Shown: in pieces, positions 24,505 to 32,905 of the stretch
Layout of the letters: each line of letters opens with the position of its first letter
Position numbering within the stretch: position 1 is the first letter of the stretch
Source of the DNA: a virus
Taxonomy: Duplodnaviria > Caudoviricetes
Strand: one strand, 5' to 3'
Virus record (IMG/VR): IMGVR_UViG_3300033076_000381
Location: 1-33,568 of that record
Length of the DNA: 33,568 nucleotides
Notes under the pieces: generated by a model
Database searches by the model: none
What the model saw: only the letters and a program-made list of their open reading frames with translations
Told to the model about the DNA's origin: nothing
Made by a program: the position numbers and the translations under genes

Positions 24505-27500
24505 ATGGCCGACTGGGGTAGCATCATCGGGGGTCTGTCGCCGCTGGCGTTCGGCGCGGCTGGCGCGCTCACGGCGCAGCCCAACACGAACTCCTCGACC
24601 AAGCAGCAGACGTTTCTGACGCCGGGATCCGAGGGCCTGTTCAATCAAGGTGTCGGCCTCGCGGGGCAGGCGGGGCAGACGCCCTACGCCGCCAATTCGT
24701 GGATCGAGAACGCGCAGCGCATGCTTGGCGCGACGGCGCTCGACACGACGACGGGCGACGTTTTCGGGCAGACGTCCGAGACGCTTGGCGGCTTGCAGAA
24801 CAAGCTCGGCTCGATGGCGGGTGGTGCCAACTGGAACACCAACCCGAGCGCGATGACGGCTGCGGTTCAGGCCAACATGAACCCGTGGAATGCGCTCGTC
24901 CGCGACCAGACGATGCAGTACGCGCAGCAGGCGGCCGACCGTCAAAGCGCGCAGGATCGCGCGGGCGCGTCGGCGAATGCGTCGGGCTTCGGCGACCGCT
25001 CGCAGATTGCGCTGGAGCTGGCGAACGACAAGCGCCAGCAGGGCCTAAACGCGCTCCAGTCGCAGCTCAACCAGACGGGCTTCAACAACGCGCTCGCGCA
25101 GACGAACGTCAACAACGCGCTGGGTCGCGCCGACGTCGGGCAGATCGCGGGCCTCGCCATGCAGCAGCCGTCGCTCGCGCAGCAGAACCGCGCGAACCAG
25201 ATCGGCAACGCGCAGCTCTTGATGACCGAGGGCACCGCGCAGCGCGACTACCCGTGGCAGCAGGCGAACAACCTGATCAACGCCGGGACGAAGGGCATGG
25301 GCAGCAACACGCTCAACTCGACGTCCGTCAACCCGTGGACGACGGGCCTGTCGGCTGGTCTGGCGGCGCTTAACCCGGCGGTGCAGTCGGGCGTCAGCGC
25401 AGGCGTGAATGCGCTCGGCAGCATTTTTGGTGCCGGAACAAGTGCGCCTGACTTTAGTGCTGCAGGGCTTGACTCTGTTTTTGGAGCGCCTTCTGCGGCT
25501 CTTGGTTTGGGTGATACTTCATCCTTGTGGGATTATAGCTCGTTTGCTTCGCCATTTAAACGCGGCGGTCGCGTGAAGAATTTCCGTCGCGGCGGCCTTG
25601 CGCGTTTCGACAACGGCGGGCAGGCGGAGGACGTCGAGTACGAGGAGCTGCCCCCTTTCGACGTCGCCGACAGCCGCGAGGGATCGACCACGGGTGAGCT
25701 GCCTGAAGGTGTGACTGTGGGTGGTGCTGCGCACTTCCCCGGCGCAACGCGCTCGGCTCCCGCAGGCAATGCCGCTCCGCGCTCGGCTGCAAATCTCGAG
25801 GACGAGTATATGCGCCGCCTGATGCAGGCCCCCGACCCGGCGGAGATGCGGACGGCGCGCGACGACGAGCGCCGGGCGATGTCGGCACTTCTGGCCGAAT
25901 ACAAGCCGCGCGCGAACGACAGCATGCGCGCACTGGCCGACCTCGGCGTCGGCATGGCCGACCCCGAGAACCGCTCGTTCGGCAACGCTTTCGCGCGCGG
26001 CGTCGGCCGCATGCAGGCGGGCATCGACCAGCGCGACCAGCTCGACCGGCAGGCCAAGCGCGAGCTGGCCCAGATCCAGCTCAAGATGGCGTCGGAAAAC
26101 CGCAAGGAGCTGACCGAGGCCGAGCGGACGCGCCTGACGACGTTGTCGACGATGATCAAGGAGCGCAATGCGGCTGCGGCGGCCAAGGAGCGCGCTGACT
26201 TGGATCGCGAGGAGCGGGCCGAGCGTGCGCGCTCCGAGCGCGCCTCGCGCGAGCTGATCGCCTCCGGCCAGCAGGGCGTGATCCGTGAGGGTCAGGAAGC
26301 CCGCACGGCGCTCGCCGCCGAGGCGGCGGCGGCCCGCGAGGAGCGCGACTGGGATCGCCGGGGCGCGGAGTGGGACCGCCTCATGGCCCGGCAGGAACCG
26401 GCGTGGCGGCGGGCGGCCCTTGCTGCATCTGCGAACGTGGACCCGGCCGACGCGCCCTCGTTTATCGAGGATTTTGTTCAGGCCCGACGCGAGGAGTTCG
26501 AGGCTCGGACCCCCCGACCGGAGCGCCCCGCCGGGCCGCCTGCGGCGACCGCTGGCGCGCGCCCGGCCGCCCCGGCACCTACCGCCGCCCCCGCGCCCAC
26601 GGCCTCTCCAGCGTCTTCCGCAGGTGCTTCGGCAGCAACGCCGATGGCCGATACTGCCGTCGCCCCCGGCGCTGGCCCCGGCCGACAGGCCGCTGTGACG
26701 ACCCAGATGCCGGGTCTGCCGCCGTCGTCGTTTGCGCCGACGGCCGATCAGGCTCCGCCGCCTGCGCCGCCCCGTCGTCCCGGTGCGCCAGATCCCCTGA
26801 TGGGCTACCGCCCGCGCCCGGCGGCGGCGGGAGACACAGCCGAAAACGAGGCCGTCGCGCGTCGTCTCAGCGTGCCTTCGATCTCGACGCCGCCGTGGCG
26901 CGGCCTGTCCCCCAAGAAAGCCGAAGACCTGATCATCAAGGAGCGTCAGGACTTTCTTAAAGGTGACGACGACCGCGAGAAGGACGTCCAGCAGGCCGAG
27001 CGCATCGAGGCGTTGGGCAAGGAATATCTCGCGCTCAACGGGCGCGCCGAGACGGGGACGTTGGACACCACGATACCCCTCGTCAAGCAAGTGACAACTT
27101 TTGGAAGCCCAAATCTCCAGCGCATGGAGGCGATCACGGCCGAGCTGTCGCCGTTGAACCGCATCGCTGGCACGGGTGCTGTGTCGGACTTCGACGCCAA
27201 GCAGCTCGTCCAGCAGTCGCCGTCCATCGAGAAATCGCCGGAAGCCAACCGGATGATCATCGAGTATCGCCTGCGGGCGGCGCAGAACATCCGCGAGAAG
27301 GCGGAGTTCGAGCGCGCGTACTTTGAAGCGAACCAGACGATGCAGGGCGCGCGGCGTGCGTGGGATGAATATAAAAACGCCAACCCTCTGGCCGTCGAGG
27401 TGACGCGCGGAAAGGGATCGACGCTTCCGGCGTTTGAGTTGAACACTGGTCGTTTGACGTGGCAAAAGTATTTCCGCCTGAAAGACCTTGAGGCTCGCGA

Positions 27501-27516
27501 AAAAGGAGGCAAATGA
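24505..27516 (+). CDS. Large internal virion / DNA ejection protein (1003 aa)
   Basis: RBS AGGAG; Gly/Ala hydrophobic N-terminus, Q/N/A-rich pilot-like region, triple GG motif, coiled coil, Pro/Ala linker, GAVSDFD helical domain. Confidence 0.65.
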   Translation: MADWGSIIGGLSPLAFGAAGALTAQPNTNSSTKQQTFLTPGSEGLFNQGVGLAGQAGQTPYAANSWIENAQRMLGATALDTTTGDVFGQTSETLGGLQNKLGSMAGGANWNTNPSAMTAAVQANMNPWNALVRDQTMQYAQQAADRQSAQDRAGASANASGFGDRSQIALELANDKRQQGLNALQSQLNQTGFNNALAQTNVNNALGRADVGQIAGLAMQQPSLAQQNRANQIGNAQLLMTEGTAQRDYPWQQANNLINAGTKGMGSNTLNSTSVNPWTTGLSAGLAALNPAVQSGVSAGVNALGSIFGAGTSAPDFSAAGLDSVFGAPSAALGLGDTSSLWDYSSFASPFKRGGRVKNFRRGGLARFDNGGQAEDVEYEELPPFDVADSREGSTTGELPEGVTVGGAAHFPGATRSAPAGNAAPRSAANLEDEYMRRLMQAPDPAEMRTARDDERRAMSALLAEYKPRANDSMRALADLGVGMADPENRSFGNAFARGVGRMQAGIDQRDQLDRQAKRELAQIQLKMASENRKELTEAERTRLTTLSTMIKERNAAAAAKERADLDREERAERARSERASRELIASGQQGVIREGQEARTALAAEAAAAREERDWDRRGAEWDRLMARQEPAWRRAALAASANVDPADAPSFIEDFVQARREEFEARTPRPERPAGPPAATAGARPAAPAPTAAPAPTASPASSAGASAATPMADTAVAPGAGPGRQAAVTTQMPGLPPSSFAPTADQAPPPAPPRRPGAPDPLMGYRPRPAAAGDTAENEAVARRLSVPSISTPPWRGLSPKKAEDLIIKERQDFLKGDDDREKDVQQAERIEALGKEYLALNGRAETGTLDTTIPLVKQVTTFGSPNLQRMEAITAELSPLNRIAGTGAVSDFDAKQLVQQSPSIEKSPEANRMIIEYRLRAAQNIREKAEFERAYFEANQTMQGARRAWDEYKNANPLAVEVTRGKGSTLPAFELNTGRLTWQKYFRLKDLEAREKGGK

Positions 27517-29516
27517 TGCCGCTCACCGACGCCGAGAGGGAAGAACTGGAGGCGTTGCGCGCAGAGAGGGGCGCGCAGCCGACGCCGCTCGCGGAGCGTC
27601 ACCGTCGCGGCACCGCAGGTCGCGACGCCACGACGCTCGCAAACACGGGGCGCTCGGTTTTGCAGGGTGCAACGATGGGCTTCGGCGACGAGCTTCTTGC
27701 GGGGGCGCGGTCGGCATTTGGCGAAGACTACGACACGGCGCTGGAAGACGAGCGCGCGCAGATTGCCGCGTTCAACCGGCAGAACCCGCTCGGATCCGTT
27801 ATTACGGAAGGCGTCGGCGGCTTTGCGCTGACGGGGCCGGTTGGTGCGGCGCGGTCGCTAGGCGCACGCTTTGCGCCCGGCATTGTCAGGGACACGGCCG
27901 CCGCGCTGGGATCGCGCTTCAACCGTCTTCCCGTGCCCGTCCAGACGGGCGTCATTGGCGGCGGCACAGGGGCAGTCGCGGGACTTGGGCAGGGCGAAGG
28001 GGATTTCAGTGAGAGGCTTCCTAATGCGGCTGCAACAGCACCTGCTGGCTTTGTGCTGGGTGCTGGCGTTCCTCTGGCTTTTGGGGCTGGTCGCGGAAGT
28101 TGGGGCGCGATGAAGCGCCCCCCGGCCGAAAAGGCCGAGCGGGACCTGCTGCGCGACATGGGGCGTGACGATCTGACGGTTGATCGACTGGCAAATCAGC
28201 TTGCGCTCGACCGCTACTACGGCGTCCCGTCGACAATCGCGACACAGGGAAAGAACCTGACGTCGCTCGCGGAGGGCGTCGCCAATTTGCCGGGAGCTGG
28301 TGCCGCCGCATCTCAGGAGGCCATCGAGCGTCTGCATCTCGGGCAGGGACAGCGCGTCTCGCGCGCACTGCATCAGCACACGAAGGCGTCGGACTACGCG
28401 AAGAACATCGACGACATCGAGAAATTCTACAAGACGCAGGCGACCCCAGACTACCAACGCGCCTACGCCGCCGACGTCAACATGATGGACAGCGACGTCG
28501 CGAAGCTCTTGCAGCGCGTCCCGAAAGACGAACTCGACAAGGCGTTTCTCGCCGCGAAGAAGGTCTACCAGAGCGATCCACTCAACGAGGGGAAGCCCAT
28601 GCGGGACTTCCTGAAGTTCGAGAAGGACGCCGAGGGCAACATCACGAACGCCATCTTCCCAATCGACATGAACACCCGCGAGTGGCACGCATTCATTCGT
28701 GGGCTGCGCGAGATCAAGGACGACCTCGCCAAGAAGGGCGCGGCGCACGCCGGGAACATCAAGGAGATCTACAAGGAGGCAGACCGCATTGGAAAGGAGA
28801 AAAACCCGCTCTTCGCCAACGCGCAGAAGAAGTACAGCGACACGAAATCGGTCGAAGAGGCAATCGCCGAGGGGCGCGCCGATATGTTCTCCGGCATGTC
28901 GCCGGAGGATATGCTGAAGAAAATACGCGGCCTGTCCGCAAACGAGCTGGATCACTACCGCTCGGGGGCCGTTCGCGCAATCGATGACCGCCTCGCAAAG
29001 ATGGTCGACGGCGCAAACAAGGCGCGCGGCATGGTCAACTCCGAAGCCCTGCGGGAGAAGCTGCGCGCGATCACTCCCGATCCGGCAGAGTACGACATGC
29101 TGATGCGAAGCCTTCAGACGGAGGCTCGCGATGCCAGCGCGCGTGCGCGCATGACGCTCGGGTCGCCGACGGCATCCCGCGCCGAGAAGATGAAGGAAAT
29201 AAAAGAGGGCGACGAGCTGATCCCGCAGATCATCGAAGCAGCGAAGGGGCCGACACAGTTTGCCGCCCGCTGGCTGCACGCCAAGGCGCAGGGGCTTGGA
29301 GTGACGCGCAGGACCGGCGATAAACTGGGGACGATGCTCCACACATCCGATCCCACCGAGCAGGCAAACATCTTGCAGCGCCTGCGCGCGCGGCAGGCCC
29401 AGCTTGCTGAAGAAACCGAGCGCGCCAATGCGGGTTATCGCGTGGGGGCGGCGGCCTTTGGTTCGGCGGCAGCGTCTCCCACGATGGAGCGTCGCCTGAG
29501 TGCAGTGGAAGAATAA
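27513..29516 (+). CDS. Internal virion / DNA ejection protein (667 aa)
   Basis: QGATMGFGDEL motif, Gly/Ala-rich membrane-like N-half, helical C-half with GSPTA.R. Confidence 0.65.
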   Translation: MMPLTDAEREELEALRAERGAQPTPLAERHRRGTAGRDATTLANTGRSVLQGATMGFGDELLAGARSAFGEDYDTALEDERAQIAAFNRQNPLGSVITEGVGGFALTGPVGAARSLGARFAPGIVRDTAAALGSRFNRLPVPVQTGVIGGGTGAVAGLGQGEGDFSERLPNAAATAPAGFVLGAGVPLAFGAGRGSWGAMKRPPAEKAERDLLRDMGRDDLTVDRLANQLALDRYYGVPSTIATQGKNLTSLAEGVANLPGAGAAASQEAIERLHLGQGQRVSRALHQHTKASDYAKNIDDIEKFYKTQATPDYQRAYAADVNMMDSDVAKLLQRVPKDELDKAFLAAKKVYQSDPLNEGKPMRDFLKFEKDAEGNITNAIFPIDMNTREWHAFIRGLREIKDDLAKKGAAHAGNIKEIYKEADRIGKEKNPLFANAQKKYSDTKSVEEAIAEGRADMFSGMSPEDMLKKIRGLSANELDHYRSGAVRAIDDRLAKMVDGANKARGMVNSEALREKLRAITPDPAEYDMLMRSLQTEARDASARARMTLGSPTASRAEKMKEIKEGDELIPQIIEAAKGPTQFAARWLHAKAQGLGVTRRTGDKLGTMLHTSDPTEQANILQRLRARQAQLAEETERANAGYRVGAAAFGSAAASPTMERRLSAVEE

Positions 29517-29533
29517 GAAAGCAGGAGCATGCC

Positions 29534-29800
29534 GTGGCGAACGGGAACACAGATCGGGACATCGGCCGCCTTCAGGCGGAAGTCGGCGCTCTGGAAAAGC
29601 GCCTTGAAACCAGCGAGGCGCGCCTTGAGGAACGTCTCGCGAGCATCGAGGGCAAGGTCCAGCTCATTTTGGATGCCGCCAATATGGGCAAGGGCGCGTG
29701 GTGGCTGGTGCTGAAGATCGGCGCGGTTCTGTCGGCCATTGCGGCGTGCGCGACGTGGGTCTGGGACAAGGTCAGTCACTTCGGAGGGGCGCGCCTATGA
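29534..29800 (+). CDS. Putative holin-like protein (coiled coil plus C-terminal TM)
   Basis: RBS AGGAG; DIGRLQAEV coiled coil, GKGAWW then TM; directly upstream of the endolysin. Confidence 0.55.
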   Translation: MANGNTDRDIGRLQAEVGALEKRLETSEARLEERLASIEGKVQLILDAANMGKGAWWLVLKIGAVLSAIAACATWVWDKVSHFGGARL

Positions 29801-30498
29801 TCAATCAAGCGGGAATTGCGCTGATCAAATCGTTCGAGGGGTGCCGTCTGGCTGCTTACCTCGACACGGGCGGCGTGCCGACCATCGGCTACGGCCACAC
29901 CGGCCCCGGCGTGCAGATCGGCCTGAAGTGGTCGCAGTCCCGCGCCGACACGCAGCTTATCGCGGACATAACGCAGCGCGCGCACGCGGTGGGAGGGGCC
30001 TGCAAGGTCGAACCCAACGACAACCAGCTCGCCGCCATGACGAGCCTCGCGTACAACATCGGCGTCGCTGAGTTCAGGACGTCGTCGGTCCTGCGACTGC
30101 ACAACCAACGCAAATTCGCGGAGGCGGCGAATGCGTTCAGCATGTGGAAGAAGGACAACGGCGAGGTCGTCGCCGGTCTGGTGCGGCGTCGTGCGGCGGA
30201 GGCGCAGCTCTACTTGACGCCGACGTCTTCCGACGAGCCGCAGCAGACGACGCGCGCGCAGCCGACCCCCGACGATCCGGCCGCCAAGATGGATCTTGCC
30301 AAGGTCGCGACCGGGGCGAGCGTAGTTGCAGGCACGGCCCAGCAGGTCGTGGCAAACGTGGAAAGCGTCTGGAACTCGATCCGCGACCTCGGCATCGATC
30401 CGCGCCTTCTGATGGTCTTGCTGGGCGTCGCGGGCGTAGCGGCGTTTGGCTATTTCGTGTGGGAAACCTACCAGCGTCGGAAGGATGGAGATCGATAA
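29797..30498 (+). CDS. Endolysin, GH24 lysozyme, with C-terminal membrane segment (233 aa)
   Basis: FEGCRLAAYLDTGGVPTIGYGHT (E-x8-D-x5-T triad), SLAYNIG, GLVRRRAAE; C-terminal LLMVLLGVAGVAAFGYFVW. Confidence 0.92.
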   Translation: MINQAGIALIKSFEGCRLAAYLDTGGVPTIGYGHTGPGVQIGLKWSQSRADTQLIADITQRAHAVGGACKVEPNDNQLAAMTSLAYNIGVAEFRTSSVLRLHNQRKFAEAANAFSMWKKDNGEVVAGLVRRRAAEAQLYLTPTSSDEPQQTTRAQPTPDDPAAKMDLAKVATGASVVAGTAQQVVANVESVWNSIRDLGIDPRLLMVLLGVAGVAAFGYFVWETYQRRKDGDR

Positions 30499-30734
30499 TG
30501 GGCTTTCTTCTCAGTATCGGGGCCAAGGCGTGGGCGTATCTCGCGACGGCCCTCACGGTCGTCGCAGGGATGTTCATAGCCCTTGGCAAGGCCAAGCAGG
30601 CTGGGCGCGACGAGGTCGAAGCCAAGGTCAACAAGGCGGGAGCGGACGCCAACAAGCGCATGCTGGACGCCGCAATTCAGGCACCGAAGGGGATCGACGA
30701 TGTTCGCAAAGATCTGCGCGCTGGCAGGTTTTAG
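30498..30734 (+). CDS. Putative i-spanin (Rz-like), 78 aa
   Basis: TAATG overlap; N-terminal TM followed by a helical region; overlaps the lipoprotein gene. Confidence 0.65.
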   Translation: MGFLLSIGAKAWAYLATALTVVAGMFIALGKAKQAGRDEVEAKVNKAGADANKRMLDAAIQAPKGIDDVRKDLRAGRF

Positions 30735-30921
30735 CCTGCTGGCGGCCTGCACCCAGACCGTCGTCAAGGTCGAGTGCCCGCCGCTGGTCAGCTACGATCA
30801 GGCGTTTCAGAACGCTTTAGCAGATCAGTTAGGCGAACTGCCTGCGGATAGTCCTGTAGCACGCGCGATAGTTGACTACGGACAGCTTCGGGCGATTGTG
30901 CGGGCGTGTTCGGCAAAATAG
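30700..30921 (+). CDS. Putative o-spanin lipoprotein (Rz1-like), 73 aa
   Basis: MFAKICALAGFSLLAAC lipobox; CPPLV.Y...Q...A.QL...DY..LR...RAC. Confidence 0.72.
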   Translation: MFAKICALAGFSLLAACTQTVVKVECPPLVSYDQAFQNALADQLGELPADSPVARAIVDYGQLRAIVRACSAK

Positions 30922-31141
30922 CCAGCGGACCTATTGGGTGGTCGGCTAGGTTCCAGTGCCACCCCATGGCGTAGCGTTCGGTTGCTTTAAACCGCAGCGC
31001 CGTCGTATCAAGGTCTGTTTCCATCGCTAAACTGATGCGAAGCCCTTCGCCCACGTAAACTGGCTTCACCGCCATCAGCGACGACGCCTTGACGATGACG
31101 GGCGCGGCGAGCAGCCCGAGCAGGAAGCCGCGACGGTTCAT
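30788..31141 (-). CDS. Twin-arginine-like leader fused to a capsid-protein-like segment (117 aa)
   Basis: MNRRGFLLGLLAAPVIV leader; RBS GAGGTG and ATGA coupling to the upstream ORF; residues 40-61 match major capsid residues 271-292. Confidence 0.7.
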   Translation of the reverse strand: MNRRGFLLGLLAAPVIVKASSLMAVKPVYVGEGLRISLAMETDLDTTALRFKATERYAMGWHWNLADHPIGPLAILPNTPAQSPEAVRSQLSRVLQDYPQAVRLTDLLKRSETPDRS

Positions 31142-31317
31142 TTAATCACCTCGACTATGTCGTGCTCATTTTCAAACAACGCGCAGGTGCCGTCTGGCTT
31201 GTAGCAGATTGTCGTAAGCGGGTCAGACAGAAAATGGATTGGGTGCGTGTTGCGGTGTAGCGGACCGGTTGTCTCACCGTTGCGCTTTATCCCTATATCA
31301 TTTGGGCGCAGGTTCAT
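31138..31317 (-). CDS. Hypothetical protein (59 aa; absent from ORF track)
   Basis: MNLRPNDIGIKRNGETTGPL...HDIVEVIK; ATGA overlaps at both ends. Confidence 0.65.
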   Translation of the reverse strand: MNLRPNDIGIKRNGETTGPLHRNTHPIHFLSDPLTTICYKPDGTCALFENEHDIVEVIK

Positions 31318-31637
31318 ACCTGCAATTCCCTCTTTCCCACCAGCGACAGCCGAGGCTGGATGCCGCCCGTGACTAGGAGTGGGCCTCCGTTCAGAAACGC
31401 AAATTCATCACGCCTGCCGTCGACCCGCTTTTCAGCCGCCACAACGGTGTTGCGCCTTGAGCGGCCCCAAAACGTATACTTGGCCTGCGGGAAGTAGACG
31501 ACATCAACGTCGTCCTCGACCGCAATCGTCGAGGCCGGAGCGTAGCCGGTGTAGTCGGCCTCGCGCAGCGTCTCACGCCCGCCGCGACCTTTGATCGACT
31601 GCCACAGGTGATAAGTGACGTGTGGGTGGTCACCCAT
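31314..31637 (-). CDS. Hypothetical protein (~107 aa; start uncertain)
   Basis: Stop overlaps the next ATG; ATG at 31637 overlaps the end of the upstream ORF. Confidence 0.5.
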   Translation of the reverse strand: MGDHPHVTYHLWQSIKGRGGRETLREADYTGYAPASTIAVEDDVDVVYFPQAKYTFWGRSRRNTVVAAEKRVDGRRDEFAFLNGGPLLVTGGIQPRLSLVGKRELQV

Positions 31638-31857
31638 ACAAATTTCCATCGACCATGACGGCCATCTTCTTTGGTTCGCAGTAGTACAGGTCGCAGTGAA
31701 ACATGCGCCGAATGATGCGACGTGGCGCTGGCCTGCTAACCGTAACATCCCCCTCGGGAGGGTAGCAGCGGATTACGACATTTACAAACTCCAGCGGGGC
31801 AATGAGACGCCCCTCGCTATCCGGCAGATAGCCAAGGAAGTACGGATCGGCCGTCAT
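31630..31857 (-). CDS. Hypothetical protein (75 aa)
   Basis: ATGA overlap with 31854..32159. Confidence 0.55.
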   Translation of the reverse strand: MTADPYFLGYLPDSEGRLIAPLEFVNVVIRCYPPEGDVTVSRPAPRRIIRRMFHCDLYYCEPKKMAVMVDGNLYG

Positions 31858-32159
31858 TTCTTGAACTCCTCGATCAGAGCATCCCACGCAGCATCGCGTT
31901 TCCACGCTTTGCGGCCGTTGAGCCAGCGCATGATGTTCTCCGACGTACATTCCTCGAAATGGAATGCACGTCGCTTCCCCTTGTGCGTCACAAAGCATCC
32001 GCCGTTGTGCGTGATCGTTCCCTCGCCGGGTAGTCCGTTGGGATCTTGCGTGAACGTCTCGTCCCACTCCAGTGTGCAGTCGTAGAACGCCGGAATAAGC
32101 TGTAGCGCGCAGTTCTCGCGGAACATGGCCGCAAAGTTTGGCGAGATGTAGGCCATCAC
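31854..32159 (-). CDS. Hypothetical protein (101 aa)
   Basis: GTGA/ATGA coupling on both sides. Confidence 0.6.
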   Translation of the reverse strand: MMAYISPNFAAMFRENCALQLIPAFYDCTLEWDETFTQDPNGLPGEGTITHNGGCFVTHKGKRRAFHFEECTSENIMRWLNGRKAWKRDAAWDALIEEFKK

Positions 32160-32314
32160 GGCACCTTGCAGTAGATCGCAGCCGCGACCTTGTCATCAGT
32201 ATTGAGCATCCACGGCGCGACATAGTCGATGCAGGTCTTGCGGGCGATCAGCATGATCGCTACGACAGCAAAAAGAGCCAATACGGCGACTGACGTTGCC
32301 GCGATGGTTTTCAT
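32156..32314 (-). CDS. Small single-TM protein with Cys pair (52 aa)
   Basis: MKTIAATSVAVLALFAVVAIMLIARKTC...YC; ATGA overlap, RBS GAGGTG. Confidence 0.6.
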   Translation of the reverse strand: MKTIAATSVAVLALFAVVAIMLIARKTCIDYVAPWMLNTDDKVAAAIYCKVP

Positions 32315-32472
32315 TTCACACCTCTCAGCCTCTGCATTTCGGCAAACATCGGAATGTGCGCGCGGCACCATTCGATCTGGCGCGGGGTGAGATCCGGGCG
32401 CGGTTTATATTGAACGAAGACATCGGACTGTCCCAGCAGTCCCTGCATTCCAAAATACGGGTTGCCATTCAT
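32311..32472 (-). CDS. Hypothetical protein (53 aa)
   Basis: RBS GGAGGT upstream of ATG 32472; stop overlaps the next ATG. Confidence 0.55.
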   Translation of the reverse strand: MNGNPYFGMQGLLGQSDVFVQYKPRPDLTPRQIEWCRAHIPMFAEMQRLRGVK

Positions 32473-32474
32473 CG

Positions 32475-32693
32475 CTACCTCCTCGGCTTGAAGTACGGAT
32501 CTCGAAAGTCGTGAACGTGGTAGCCATCCGCGAGCCAGAGGGAGGCTGCGTAGGCTTCCGCCTCGATTTTCGTGCTGAAAATCTTGCCACTGTAATTGCT
32601 GTAATCGTTCAGAACTCCGCAATTCGTGCAGAACTCTGGGAACCCTCCGGCATCGAACGGATAGCGGCAGTCGAAACAGACAAGGTGGGTCAT
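32475..32693 (-). CDS. Zinc-ribbon small protein (72 aa)
   Basis: CFDC...CTNC; RBS GGAGGT; ATGA overlap. Confidence 0.6.
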   Translation of the reverse strand: MTHLVCFDCRYPFDAGGFPEFCTNCGVLNDYSNYSGKIFSTKIEAEAYAASLWLADGYHVHDFRDPYFKPRR

Positions 32694-32905
32694 GTTACCT
32701 CCTCGACGCGCCCGGTAAACAATCCGCACTCGTCATAGATTTTTTGATACGTTTTCCCACGCAACACGACGCGGGCGCTTCCCTCAAGATGAGCAAGGGC
32801 AAATCGCGCAATGGCAATATCCGGCAAGCCGCCGAGCATATAGTAGTCGCTCAACAATGTGCCGTCGCCCGCGCCGAGCGCATCGATGTTGATCACCTTT
32901 GTCAT
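32690..32905 (-). CDS. Hypothetical protein (71 aa)
   Basis: ATGA overlaps on both sides. Confidence 0.6.
   Translation of the reverse strand: MTKVINIDALGAGDGTLLSDYYMLGGLPDIAIARFALAHLEGSARVVLRGKTYQKIYDECGLFTGRVEEVT

Noticed and set aside
25519-27465. 648-aa minus-strand ORF, and similar long antisense ORFs at 9888-10982, 14527-15897, 16826-18166, 20319-21911, 27858-29342
   Set aside because: Shadow frames of high-GC3 plus-strand genes; R/G/A-rich translations with no motifs or RBS.
31391-31633. Alternative 80-aa minus-strand ORF
   Set aside because: The overlapping frame ending at 31314 is coupled to the next gene and has more protein-like composition; not fully excluded.
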